Positions 13,746-27,670 of a DNA stretch of 64,000 nt are shown here, piece after piece. The notes under the pieces are model-generated. The model had not been told where the DNA came from. It did not search any database and saw only the letters and a program-made list of their open reading frames with translations. Origin of the DNA: Octopus vulgaris (taxonomy: Eukaryota); the NCBI GenBank assembly GCA_951406725.2, contig OX597825.1, positions 58,900,001-58,964,000 of the forward strand, in the 5' to 3' direction. Made by a program: the position numbers and the translations under genes. Position 1 is the stretch's first letter; every line of letters starts with the position of its first letter.

Positions 13746-14470
13746 AAGAGCTCAGTGCTGGAACGGGGTTTTGTGGGGTTACAGTCGTACTCCACTTCAT
13801 TATCATCTCATTCGTTATTTATATACATTATTATACATTTTAATTTTATAGTTTCTCATGTCATCTCATACGATCCTCCGACTCCTTGTCCGTCCCCTCT
13901 ATGTATCAATCCTTTGTGGTTTTATAAAGAAATTCCTAATGCGTTTGTCTAACCCACTCTGTTACAAGGGCAACGCCGAAGTAGGATTTTCAAACGAGAA
14001 TTTCCAAAGACCTCCTCACTGTTCACTGTTCATGTAATATATTTGTTGTGAATCTTGCATGCATGAAGTGGATTCGATCCACCATAGCCAAATTTAGATT
14101 AACGCTGCTACAGAACTTTTCTCACGATGGAACAATTGTTTTTCTCTGACAGCAGTTTTACATTTTCCAGATGCCTGCACCTAGGCCGAAATAATGTCTT
14201 CATCACTTGACCCTTTCTAACCTCTTCTACTTCACCAAAGGCTAGAATAGAGATAACAAGACCACCAACTAAACCTATTGTTCTCACTGATATATCTATC
14301 CTTCTGGATAGTTATATAAACAATCACACTCCAAGCAAAAATCAGTTAGTCACAGTCGTGACAACTCAACGAGGTCTGGCTGACCAGCTTTGGTCAGAGG
14401 GAGAAATGAAGTTTACTGTCAGACAACACTCAACACTTCTCTCTAGCTCTGACCCTGTTCTTTTACAACA

Positions 14471-14537
<67 letters not shown>

Positions 14538-15119
14538 ACTACTAAACAATGAAGGGGACACAAAAACAAACTTTACTTCGCATGCGTTTGGATGTATCAA
14601 AGCCTGCTCGTCGAGGCAAGGTATTGTAACGTAACGGTAAATAAATACTTCCTTAAAACTTCATGCATTGTTCATCTTCCACATCTTACAGTATGCGATA
14701 ACAACAAAATTATTATCGCTGCATCTGCTGACTATCAATATTTCATAAGATTGTTTACCAATCAATTACGACCGTTACATATTAAAACCTTTCACACTAC
14801 CTCAGCTTCTTGTTATCTTTTCATTTTTAATTTGTTAATCTTTCATTTTGTCATTTTTCCACATTTTCCATAATTTTTCTTTCTTGTTCAATCCCGTCAT
14901 CTTTCATTTTTAGCTTTCAGTTTCCCCGTCGCTAATTGCTACTTCTCAAGTATCGTTTCCTTTCTACCTGTTCATTCCTCCTAACTTAGCTTTACTTCAT
15001 GAAGCATAGCAACCCCCTCACCATCCTAATACGGTGTTACCTTGTTATATCGTTGTACTAGATCACTGATTTTTCTCTCCAGTTGAAGCAGAAACATACT
15101 ACATACGTAACATTTCCCA

Positions 15120-15620
15120 AACATGAAATGTTGACAAGCAATATCTGCGTCAATTCTTATCTACAGTCATAAAGTTGCGTGGTGACCGAGCGACTACGAT
15201 CGCGAATACAAACGGCTGAAACAGAGTTCCTCCGAAAGATATCTGGACCAATGTTACTCTACAGAATGCATAGCTCGGAGATCAGAGAGCTTCTTCAGGT
15301 CGAGCTGCCACTTCTTCGCATCGAGAAGTCACGGCTCCGGTACTACGGACATGAGATGAGAATGTTTCAGGAAAGAATCGTGTGAAGGATTCTTCAAGCC
15401 GAACCAACTGGCAGGAGACGTAGGGGTAGACCAAGAACGAGCTAGGGAATCCAACCGGAAAGTATAATGACGGTTGCTTCTGATAGAACCCTATGGAGTA
15501 GATGCCTGAGGACTCTGTCCCCGCGACGGATATTATTGGAACGACTGTGATATGCTCTTTATGTAGTAAACTGATTTTAATTAGTAAAAACTTTGACATC
15601 CGAAGAATCCTCATCTCTGC
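15120..15620 (+). mobile_element. RTE-clade LINE 3' relic
   Basis: EFLRKISG...EIRE...RLRYYGH.MRM...GRRRRGRPR; the same family lies inverted at 52639-52880. Confidence 0.75.
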
Positions 15621-16292
15621 CGAGAGATGTATACAGCAGACTGTGATTGGATACTGTAGTAGGGAGATGAGCGTTACATTTTGATAAGCTTTGCCCTTGA
15701 CTTGTGTTTATCAACGTAGCGAACGCAAATCTGATAGGAAATTGACGTCGTCCTAAAGTGAAGGGCAAATATGCATCGGCTGGTTGCAGGTTGATACAGA
15801 GTTTCGGCAAAATACGTCCTGCATCAACATCATTAATTTAACTTGTTTTTATGAAAAGTGACCTGCGCAGGAGTGGCTGTGTGGTAAGTAGCTTGCTTAC
15901 CAGCCACATGGTTCCGGGTTCATTCCCACTGCGTGGCACTTGGGCAGGTGTATTCTACTATAACCTCAGGCCGACCAAAGCCTTGTGAGTGAATTTAGTA
16001 TATATATATATATATATATCATCACGTGACAGACCAGTCCATCAGATGTAGTTACACATCGCTGGTCACAATGCGTTCGCATTGTTTTAGCCTTCAAATG
16101 ACGCCACCCCGCTGGCTGAGCGAGCAGGCCAACAGAAGAAAGAGTGGTGAAATAGTACAGTAGGGATCACCACCCCCAGCTGGAGCTTTTAGGTGTTTTC
16201 GCTCAATAAACACTCACAACGCCCGGTCTGGGAATCGAAGCCGCGATCCTACGACCGCAAGTCCACTGCCCTAACCACTAGGCCACTGCGCC

Positions 16293-16335
<43 letters not shown>

Positions 16336-16384
16336 GTATGTATATGTATGTGTGTGTGTATATGTTTGTGTGTCTGTGTTTGTT

Positions 16385-16690
16385 TCAGAAAACAGCACAA
16401 CTCCCATGACTTTCGGAAACATTTTTTCACGCTAAGAGTTGCTGAAACATGGAACAGACTGTTGTTAATTGTCGGAGCACTGCTTCCTTCAAAAGTTCCA
16501 TGCTTCCTGAGATTTGCCAACACTACACCTGATTTTCTCCCCTCCATACACACGCAAGAATGTATCTGACTCATACACTGTTCACTTTCCAGACATTTGT
16601 ACATTACTGCAAATACTTAATACGCACTTTTTGACAAGTTGTAGTGCACCTGAGCACTGTATACAATAATTTCATTATTATTATTTTATT
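16385..16690 (+). mobile_element. CR1-clade LINE 3' end
   Basis: RKHFFTLRVAETWNRL C-terminal motif, 3'UTR and (ATT)n tail. Confidence 0.7.
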
Positions 16691-18725
16691 TTTTGAAACA
16701 AAAGTCGGGAAAGTAGAAGTATGATGCAAAACTTTAAAATATTTATCAACATAATTGCAATCTATATTCTCGAAAATATATCTGCAAAATTTCATAAGAA
16801 AAATATACTTTCTTCATGAAGTTATGAAGTAAATTCTGGGGTACCAATCTGTAGTTATGCCGTTTTATTTAATCACTGAGGTATTTTTTTTTCTAAAATG
16901 GAAAATCGTTTTCTGATTTTGTCCTCGTCTTTTTCTTTTTTATACTGTTGTTGGTTAACTCGAGTTTGGACCTGACCAACTAGATCTATGATCAAAAACG
17001 TTCTAACCGTAGCCATCCTTATATCAGGACATCTATATAAAATAATGGGCAAAATGCTGCCTGCATTTTCTGAATGGTACACCTAAAAAAATTTGCTTAA
17101 AATTTTTTTTTTTTTAGTGCAACCCGTCTGATAATGAGCCATGTTTTATGCGGCCCGCTTCTCGGAAAAAAAAGTTGTATAATCCTTGTTCTATATTGTC
17201 CAACATGACTTTCATTTTCTGAGACAGTAAGGCGAGCTAAGGAAGATGTAGCTATTATTTCTAGCAAGCCGAATGACAGTTATTATGGAAACCTCGATGT
17301 AGTTGCTAGATTTGCTGAAGATAGCAGCCAAATAGGTAAATAATATACCTCAAACCCGTATCCCGTTGTCTTGAAAGAGGATACGTTGGGTAATGTAGTG
17401 TGAGCTCCCTGCACATAAGAAAAAGTGGGACAGTCACAGATGGAATACATTCAGCCATGGATCAGCTTAATCAGGATGGCCTAGGGCTAGACAACAAGAC
17501 GTTTTTGTTGCTTTAATTATATATATATTTCCATAAATAAGCATAGATAATTGAGAAGAGTCAATTAGATCGACTTATAATTATTGACTTATTTTTTTAT
17601 CGACATTAGTAAGATTTAAACAGTGAACATAAATCGGAATACGACAGATGCAACCAAGCAAGCTAGTGAGGGTTCGGCTAAAACAAGAACAAGGGAGGTA
17701 ACTCTAAAGCAATTTGGAAACTGCACACACGCTTGCTTCAGCTTCATTTTCTTTCATTTTCAATTCTACGTTTATTGAAGAGCATTTTCTCATTTAGGGA
17801 CGTTATTTTTTAGTTTCTCTGTTCTATACATGTTGATGGGTTCTTCGGTTACTCATTTATGCACATTCATATTCCTTGGTTTAACTTGAATCCAGAACTT
17901 TTTATATTTAATGTAGATCCAACTCCCTTTTTTACTAGGATGTGATTCAAAGTTAGTTGAACAAATAAATTAGCTGCAACAAGCAGTGTTGTGGACTAGA
18001 TATCTCACTAGTTATTATGACTACGATCCTGCAAGTATGCCTCCGTACGGGCATTTCATAGTTGAAAAACACCAGCGAATCAGTTGTTTCTTCGCTATCT
18101 TTTGAAGTACCTTGTGCTTCAAAACAACAAAATTAATATAGAAAAGATTATGAATTCCATAACCATTTTGTGGTGCAGTATTAGCCATAAACAACTTCTC
18201 ACTCAGTAATAATATCCTGTCATCAATCTTGTCTGTTTGGCTCACACTTTTTAAAATTTTAAAATTAATTGAAGATTTTCAAATTTGGTTTATTGATGTA
18301 ACAAAATTAAAGGAACTGAAAAGTATGAACCAAACAGAAAAGATCCATGTTTTCTCTTTCTAGCTTGTGTATTAAAAAATTTCATTGCCTATCATCATCA
18401 TCATTCATATTCTGTCTCCTTTCTTGTTTAATAATTCTCATTCTTTCCATATTAGTTTCAGCCTTATTGTTTGTCATACATCTTCCATATACTCATATGC
18501 AGTCACACATATACTAACATTAAGCGCATGCACATATGTAGACCCAACTTTCTTGCACACACAGCTAACTGTTGTTTCTGTGTGTACCAACAGCATTCCA
18601 ATGTGTGTGTGTGTATGAGTACATGCCAATAGCATCCATTTGAATCTCTCTCTCTCTCTCTCTTTATCACACTCTTATCAAACATTTTCTACAAAATGAT
18701 GGATTTTTTTACACCATAGGAATTT

Positions 18726-18995
18726 CAGTTTTATATTCAAGAGATAGGGAATTATGTACATTATTTACATTTGACGGATATTTGTCCTCATTTTGTTTGT
18801 TGTTAACACAACATTTCAGCTGATATACCCTCCAGCCTTCATCAGGTGTCTTGGGGAAATTTCGAACCTATGTTCTCATTCCTAAGGTATTTTTCGATAT
18901 TATTATTATTATTATTATTATTCAGGTCACTGCCTGGAATCAAACTCGGAATCTTGGGGTTAGTAGACCACACTCTTAACCACTCCACCATATTT
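18726..18995 (-). mobile_element. tRNA-headed SINE-like element containing a minimal hammerhead ribozyme (copy A)
   Basis: A/B-box head at ~18925-18995, (AAT)n linker, hammerhead core at 18805-18850; TSD-like cataggaattt (18715-18725) / cacaggaattt (18996-19006). Confidence 0.75.
18805..18850 (-). ncRNA. Minimal type I hammerhead ribozyme motif
   Basis: GACAC-CTGATGA-A-GGCTG-GAGGGTATAT-CAGCT-GAAA-TGTT-GTGTT: intact core, helix II, helix I GACAC/GTGTT. Confidence 0.65.
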
Positions 18996-21900
18996 CACAG
19001 GAATTTATTAACATGATATACAAAATTTTTAAGGTGCAGCATGGCAAAATTGTTTGGAAGGTTGCTTCACAACCAAGGTCTGGGATTCGATCCCATTATA
19101 TGGCATCATGGGCAAACATCCTTTACTATTGCCTTGGGTTGACCCACACCTTGACACTGAAGCTGTATATAAAAAAATCTGCCAAAAGGATTGTACTTGT
19201 AATTCCAAAAGTATAGCCTTGTGACACTGTATCATACTGATTCTGTCTGAGAATTATGTTAAGGGTACACATGTTTGTGGAATGCTCAATCATTCTGTGT
19301 TAATCCAGGAGTAAGCAATCCAGTTGATTAAACAAATGGATTCTTATCGTTAATCAACAGATTGACTACTGCTACCACCATATCTCAATAATTTCTTCCA
19401 ATTTCAATTTATTGTTCACAAACAATCTATTCTTTTTGATGAATATTTCCTTACATATTCTTTCAAATATTAAATGAAAAAAAAAAACAACTCAAAACAA
19501 AAAAACCTCAAACAGATTTTCTCTGAAAATTCTACTGGATGGTCATTGTCTATGATGAATTCATTAATTTTATATCTAATTTTCCATGCTAGCATGGGTT
19601 GGATGCAAAATAAAAAAAAAAAAAATTCATGGCTAGACGCCCTGCCTCTTACCAACCTTTCCCTGTTTGTCAAATCTGCTGTTTTTTCCCTGCTCCTTCA
19701 CCACCACCACCATCATCAATATTTAACATACACTTTCCATGCTAGCTTGACAGGAACTGGCAAAGTCAGGTTCCATAGTCTGTTCTGGCTTGATTTCTAC
19801 AGCTGGATGCTCTTTTAACAAACTTCCACTCACTTTCTACCAAAAAATTCTACTTGCAAGGCACTGCTTAGCCAGAGGACATAGTAGAAGTACAGGGTGT
19901 CACTGTTTAAAAATGCATAAGATATGTTGTTTGTCACAGTGGGACTGAACCTGGAACCATGTGGTTGGGAAGCAAGCTTCTTACCACACAGCCACACTGT
20001 CACTGCACAGACTATCTTCTTTTACATTTCTGTTGTCCAATACATGCTTGCTGGCTTCTCAGTTATTATCTTTGCTCACTTTTGTTTTACATACATATAA
20101 AAAATTAAAACTGTTACAGAGTAGCATTAAATAAATAATGCTATGCACTCCTTATTCTTTTTATTCATTTGTAGAATATTCTTGGAATATTTTTTGTGCG
20201 ATGTCTATTTCTGCTTCTTTGCCTTCCTCCCTCTCTCTTTCCCTCCCTGATACTTTCCTCTGTTGCTTCTTTTTCTTCTTCTTCTTCCAATCAAGACTCA
20301 CGCCATTAGCCACAAAGAATAATCTCTAATTCGAACCTACTCTTAAGCTACTAAGAATGCGTGTGGCAACTTGAAGATCCACCCACCACACGTGATAGAC
20401 TGGCAGTTGCACGGGCACGAAAGTGACGTTATCCTCATTCCATAAATGGTGGCTTTTAACGGGTGGAGAGCTGAACCATCCTGGGGTACAGAGGATTTGC
20501 AATCTAGACTAGGGTCTGAAAGTTTACCACACCATAGTGGGTTACACCATGGTTCCTCTGCTTTGTGGCAGAAGTAGGAAGAAAGAGTGAGAGAAAGTTG
20601 TGGTGAAAGAGTACAGCAGTGTTCACCCCCACCTGCCAGAGCCTCGTGGAGCTTAAGATTTTTTTGCTCAATAAACACTCACAATACCCAGTCTGGGAAT
20701 CAAAATCGCACTCTTACGACCGTGAGTCCGCTGCCCTGACCACTAGGCCATTGCGCCTCCACTCTGTTGCTTCTGTCCTCCATGGTTCTTTCTCTCCTCC
20801 AGCTACCTCATAACTTGTGACCATCTAAACCACTCTCATCCTTTTTTGCTTTGCTTTTGACCATGTTTCTTTGTGATCCTACACCTTTTTCCTACATGGT
20901 TTGTTTACTTCTTCCTTCCTTCTGACTTTCTATCTGCTCCTCAATTGTCTCTAGTTCTATTGGACATTTTCCTTTTCCTTTGCGTTACCCATATCTGCCT
21001 GACTTGTGACACAGCTTTCTTTGTTGTATATATATAATCATTATAATTATTCTTCTTTGTTGTGTTTGATTTCATCATTGTCCTGTACATTTGTTAGCTA
21101 TTCCCAGTGGCTGTTTGCCTCTTGCACCACTAAAAGTGAACAATATCAATGATAAAAGGCTTGAAATTGTAAGTATCTTTTGGACATTGACTGATAAGGA
21201 ATTAGCTACGAATTTTCTGTTTGTTGTGTTTTTGTTAAATTTTTCAAACACACACCAAACATACACCTCTATAAATGCTGAAAATTGAGAAATGAGAATA
21301 GACCCCACCCAAAAGATTTCATTATCTCTTTCTTTTTGATTGGTTAATAGTTGTTGAATACTGTTCTTTAATTAGTTGTTTTAATTCTGAGCTTTAATAC
21401 AAATCTCTGGCATTTGTTGTTTAACCTCAGGGGGTGATGTAATCAACTAGTCCCCTCCCTGAAAATTTCAGACCTTGTGTCTATTGTAGAAAGGATTATT
21501 ATTATTAAGGTGGTGAGGCAGCGAGCTGGCAGAAACGTTAGCATGCCGGGTGAAATGCTTAGTGGTATTTCGTTTGCTGTTGCGTTCTGAGTTCAAATTC
21601 CGCTGAGTTCGACTTTGCCTTTCATCCTTTCAGGGTCGATAAATTAAGTACCATTTACACACTGGGGTCGATGTAATCAACATAATCCCTTTGTCTGTCC
21701 TTGTTTGTCCCCTCTATGTTCAGCCCCTTGTGGGCAATAAAGAAATAATTATTATTAAGGTGGTGAGCTGGTAGAATTCTTTCTATTACAGGCACCTAAA
21801 ATTTTGGGAGAGAGGTGTTAGTTGATTACATCGATCCCAGTGCACAGCAGGTACTTATTCTATTCATCTCAAATGTATGAATGGCAAAATTGACTCTGGC

Positions 21901-22504
21901 AGAATTTGTACTCAGGGCCCGCAGAGATGGAAGAAATGCCACTAACAATAACAACAACATATGCAGAAAACTGCAGTTTTTGGTGAGGAAGTGGAGCAGT
22001 TGAACCTTCTGCTCTCTTCAGTATATGATTTTCTTTATAATTTTATCAACACTAGGAAGATACATGGCTAAGTCCATCTTGGCCAGAATTAGGCTTAGAA
22101 TATAGTGATATAACTAAATAGTGCAAAGAATTTTGTCAGATGCTTTACCAATCCTGTATATGGGAACAAGGCAACAGATTTTAATGAGCAGGTGTACAGT
22201 AAACCATATCAACTTCAATAATTAATTGTTATTAACCCTTTAGCATTCATATAATTATGTCAAAAGTAATGCTTATTTATTCATATTGTTTTCAATTGAT
22301 CATGCATTATCTTGTAGCATTGAGATTTTGATGACATGATTGTTTATTTTTGGAAGGACATTACAGGGTAGGTGTGAGGTCAGACCTGACCAGTTTAAGC
22401 ATAAAACAGGTAGAAAATTTGGGCTGGATATGGCCGTTTTAAATTAAATTCAGTAACTGACTGGTATTTAATTTTATTGATCTTAATCAACTGGTATTTA
22501 AGTA

Positions 22505-22856
22505 TACTCTTTACTCTTTTACTTGTTTCAGTCATTTGACTGCGGCCATGCTGGAGCACCGCCTTTAGTCGAGCAAATCGACCCCAGTACTTATTCTATC
22601 GGTCTCTTTTTGCCGAACCGCCAAGTGACGGGGACGTAAACACACCAGCATCGGTTGTCAAGCAATGCTAGGGGGACAAACACACACACATATATATATA
22701 TATTTCAGTTTCCGTCTACCAAATCCACTCACAAGGAATTGGTCGTCCCGGGGCTATAGCAGAAGACACTTGTCCAAGATGCCACACAGTGGGACTGAAC
22801 CCGGAACCATGTGGTTGGTTAGCAAGCTACTTACCACACAGCCACTCCTGCGCCTA
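22505..22856 (-). mobile_element. SINE-A
   Basis: Same family motifs. Confidence 0.8.
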
Positions 22857-25244
22857 TATATAATGAACTTGTTAATCAATTTAATATGTCAACTACAATA
22901 ATTAGTTGTTAATTACATTAGTGTTTAGCAACTGACTAGTAGTTAATTGATATAGCAACTTCATTGATTGATTGCTATTTAAGTAATCAACCTCAGTAAT
23001 TGACCAGTACTTAATTAAATTGACCTCAATTAATGACTGGTAGTTAATTATTTTAATCAATCTTAGTCATCAACTAATACTTAACATATTGATTTAAATC
23101 AACCTCAGTAACAGACAGGTAATTAATTATCAACTGCTACATAATTACAATGAGATTGATTGCCATATAATTATATCAATTTAAGTAATTAAATTTATAA
23201 TTTAATTGCATTGATCTCACCCATTAATTGAACCAGTAGTTGATTGTTATTAATTTATCAACTTTGGGAGACTAAAAAGTAAATGTGATATCACTAGAAT
23301 TTGAACTCAAAGTATTTTAACCACTGCACCACCAATTTTACCACCTACCACCTTCACTATTTATTGCCTGCTATACATAGTGTCAATCAGAAAAACTTAT
23401 TACTAATTTTTTTTTGTCATTACAAAATCTCTTTTTTTTTTTTATTTGTTCCTCAGTCACAGTGACCTAGCATTTTGTTTGAATATGATAGACTCTTCAC
23501 CTGCAACAAGTCCTTTGTTCTTTTATGTAACCAGGTGTTTTTTAAGCTTTGTTATGAACACACTCCAAGTGTACGTCTTTTCAAATACATTTGTACACAT
23601 TTGTAATCTACTAACGTTAACTTTTATTGAAAAAAGGCATAATTACAGTTTAATACCCTACTGACTCTGTTGCCTCATAACTTCCAGAAAAATGGATTCT
23701 TTTTAACGAAACTTTCACCAAATAATCACTTATATCCTGTAGATTGAGTGGATGTAAAGATTTGTTGGAAAAAATATTCCAAGTGGGTGGGGAGAGGAGT
23801 TTCGGAAGATTCACAGGACTTGACATTTTCCTCCTCATAACTTTCTGGAAAATAGGTATTTTTTTAATGAAATTTTATACAAATACCTTTCAAACAGTGT
23901 AGATTATTACTACAAAGAAATTTATAGGCAAAATTTTTGGACGTGGGGGGAGGAGGGAGTGGAGCCAGAGAAGTTTCTGGAAAATGGAGTTTTGGATCAG
24001 ACAGCCCACATAAGTTGGAATTTCTCCGTTCTGACAGTGATTTTTTTCAATGTTTTTCATCAAAGTCTTCCGAATGATGGGAGGCATCTTTCCACAATAA
24101 AAAAAATACAAAAAAAAAAAAAAAAAAGAAGAAAAACTTTGAAAATTTATTTTCTTTTCACTCCCCCCAGTCCGAAACGATTTTGGCCATTTTTTTTTTC
24201 ACTAAGCATTTAAAACCTGCAAGAGAAACATTTTCAGGAAAATGTGTCATTAAAAGGATATCTGGCTGTTGTTTCTAGCACATCCCAAAACCTGCCTCCT
24301 TGTTTCTTTCTCACTTACGCATCTATTGATATTTTATCTCTCCATAAATAAATTTTATGGAATGATGATGTCAATGTAACCAACTGAGTGAGGCCATGTT
24401 ATGTGAATGTGTAAGAAAAGAAAACCCCACCTAAAAACATCTTTAGTGTTCATATTTATCTGTCAAATGTAATGCTTATTTGTTCACATTATTTTGAATT
24501 ATTCAGGTTCAAGAGGGATGTCCACAATATTTGGTTGTAACTTTGTAAATTTTTTATATACAGATTAGAAATTTTGTAAGTGGGTGTTTTATAGTTATGT
24601 AATTTCAGCTGATTTTGTTGAGTAAATTTGACTTTTATGGGCAGGTAAATTTAATTAACAGGTGTGAAAGCAATAACATTATGGATAAACACTAAAACTT
24701 AAATTCTCAAAGCATCTTACCTGTTTTAGTAACAAATCAGTTACTAAAACTATTGCAGATGGCAACCGACAAAAATTTTGCCACTTTTCAATATGGGGTA
24801 CATTAATTTGAATTAAAATTTCATACCTTGGTGTGGAATAATTTTTTTCCACAGTTTTTCTTTTTTTGGGGTGCATTCAACATATCTGACCTCTAAACCC
24901 GCCGCAAACCACTTTTTTTCCAGAAAAGAAAGGTGGGAGGGGTGGTGAGGACCTTGAAGTTTCCCACCAAGTGAGTTTTGTTTTGTGGGTTTTTTTTGCT
25001 TTTCCAGGTTATTTTGCATGCTTTCAATGAATGTGGCATCAAAATCATATGTAAATGGCTCCTTTATCCAGAACAAAAAAAAAAGGGAAAGATTTGGTTG
25101 CTATTTCTAGCATGTCCTGCTTCCATGTAACAGCTATTTGCATTCACACCGAAATATTTACCAACTTTTTGCCTTCCATTTATTTTTTCCACTTTATGGA
25201 AGTCAATATTTTCTCTAATGATTCTTTCAGCTTACTCCTTTAAT

Positions 25245-26168
25245 ACTGGTTTCAGATTTAGGCACAAGGCCAGCAATTTTAGGGAAGGGGCTAAGTTGAT
25301 TACATTGATCCCAGGGTTCGGTTGCTACTTATTTTATCGACCCTGAAAGGATGAAAGGCAAAGTCAACTTTGGGTCAGAATGCGAAGACAGATGAAATGC
25401 TGCTAAGCATTTTGGCCAGTGGACTAATGGTTCTGCCAACTCACTAGCTTGCTTAACATCTTAATATTAATAGTTATAATAGCATAAATAATAATGATTT
25501 TAAATTTTTTCCACAAGGGCAACTTGGGGGAAGGGGATTAAGTTGATTACATCGACCCCAGTGTGTAACTGGTACTTATTTAATCAACCCTGAAAGGATG
25601 AAAGGCAAAGTTGACCTTGGCAGAATTTGAACTTAGAACGTAAAGACAGCTGAAATACCGCTAAGCATTTCACCAGGTGTGCTAACGATTCTGCCATCTT
25701 ACCATCTTACGATAAATAATAATAATAATAATTGTTTCTACTCTAGGCACAAGGTCCGAAATTTTTGGGGAGGGGGCTAATCGATTAGATCAACCCCAGT
25801 ACGCAACTGGTACTTAATTTATCAACCCCGAAAGGATGAAAGGCAAAGTCGACCTCGGCGGAATTTGAACTCAGAACGTAAAGACGAAATACCGCTAAGC
25901 ATTTTGCCCAGCGTGCTAACGTTTCTGCCAGCTCAAATAATAATAATATTAATCCTTTCTACTATAGGCATAAGGCCTGAAATTTTTGGTGGGAGAGGGG
26001 TTAGTTGTTTACATTGACCCCAGTGCTCAACTGGTATTTATTTCATTGACCCTGAAAGGATGAAAGGCGAAGTCAAGCCTGGCAGAATATGGACACAGAA
26101 CATGAAAACAGATGAAATGCCGCTAAGCATTTTACCTGGTTTGCTAACAATTCTGCCAGCTTGATGCC

Positions 26169-26207
<39 letters not shown>

Positions 26208-26420
26208 GTTTCAATTTTTGGCACAAGGCCAGAAATTTCAGGGGAGGGGATAAGTTGATTTCATCTCCCAGTTTTCAACTGGTACTTATTTTATTGACCT
26301 CGAAAAGGTGATAGGCAAAGTTGACCTTGGCAGGATTTGAACTCGAAATGGAAAGACGTACGAAATACCACGAAGCATTTTGCCTGGCGTGCTAACAATT
26401 CTGCCATTTCACTGCCTTAA
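25245..26420 (-). repeat. Head-to-tail array of 5 SINE-B units with (AAT)n spacers
   Basis: ~200-bp units starting near 25245, 25495, 25733, 25952 and 26206. Confidence 0.85.
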
Positions 26421-27239
26421 TAATAATAATGATAATAATAATAATAATAATAATGATAATAATAATAATGATAACATTAGTAGCAGTAATAGTAATAACA
26501 ACATTAGCAATATGGAGACAGGAGGTTACGAACGGGGGTATGTGATAACACGAAAATATACTGAGTTTCAGTTAGAAATATAAATAAATACATTTTCCTT
26601 TTTTTTTAGGGGCAGGGTTGTTTTCCAAGTACAAGATATAATATAGAATCATTATTCAGGAGGGGTTAAAAATTCATTTATTTATTTATTCATTTATTTA
26701 TTGATCCACAGGGAAGTAGTAAAAAACAAAAAAAAAACAAAACAAAAAACGTAATAATAAATATAAACAATTCCCAACCCTCCCCTCAACAATCATCATC
26801 ATTATTTTCTTGTTGTAATAGAAGTAATAATAGTAGTTGTTGTTGTTATTATTGTTGTTGTTGTTGGTGGTGTCTTTAATCTGTCACCTCCACCCCCTAC
26901 CCCAACCCATAACTGTTGCTTTGTCTTTTCAGGAGTTAAATACGAGACAATGTAAGAATGAGAGGAATGGGAAAGACAAGAAGGAGAAGAAGAAGTAGGA
27001 AGAGGAGGAGGAGGAGGAGGAAAAACAAGAAAAGAAAAGAAGAGAGGATGAGCAAAAAGACAAAAAAAAAATGAGAAAGAAGAAGAATAGGTGATGAGAA
27101 AGGAGAAAGAGGAAAAGGAGAAACTAGATTATAATCAAACAAAAGAATAATTTACAATGTTTATTTAAGATGTTATATGTGATGTTGTAGCACTCATGCT
27201 TTGATGACCAACTTCTAATATTGCATTTGTGTTCAGTAT

Positions 27240-27288
27240 ATATGTGTGTGTGTGTTTGCATATATGTATATATATGTGTATATATATT

Positions 27289-27323
<35 letters not shown>

Positions 27324-27670
27324 ATATATGGTTATATATATTATATATATATATATATATGGTTATATATTATATATATATATATATGTTTATATATTTA
27401 CATATATATGTTTATATATTTATATATATGTTTATATATTTATATATATATATGTTTATATATTTATATATACATATGTTTATATATATATATATGTTTA
27501 TATATACATATATGTTTATATATGTTTATATATCATATATGTTTTTATATCATATGTATATGTTTATATATATATATATATATACACATACACACACACA
27601 TACACAAATGTGTGTATGTATATATGCAAGTGTGTGTATGTGTATGTATGTACATGTGTGTGTGTGAGAG
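27240..27670. repeat. Compound (TA)n / tatatatgttta / (TG)n microsatellite downstream of the DAPK1 stop
   Basis: Direct reading; explains the YI-rich spurious ORFs. Confidence 0.95.

Noticed and set aside
18021-18245. 74-aa minus-strand ORF in non-repetitive sequence
   Set aside because: Non-ATG start, no recognisable motif and no matching splice signals.
25245-26420. Regularly spaced repeat arrays that resemble CRISPR
   Set aside because: Units are ~200-bp diverged SINEs with AAT spacers in eukaryotic DNA; there are no cas genes.
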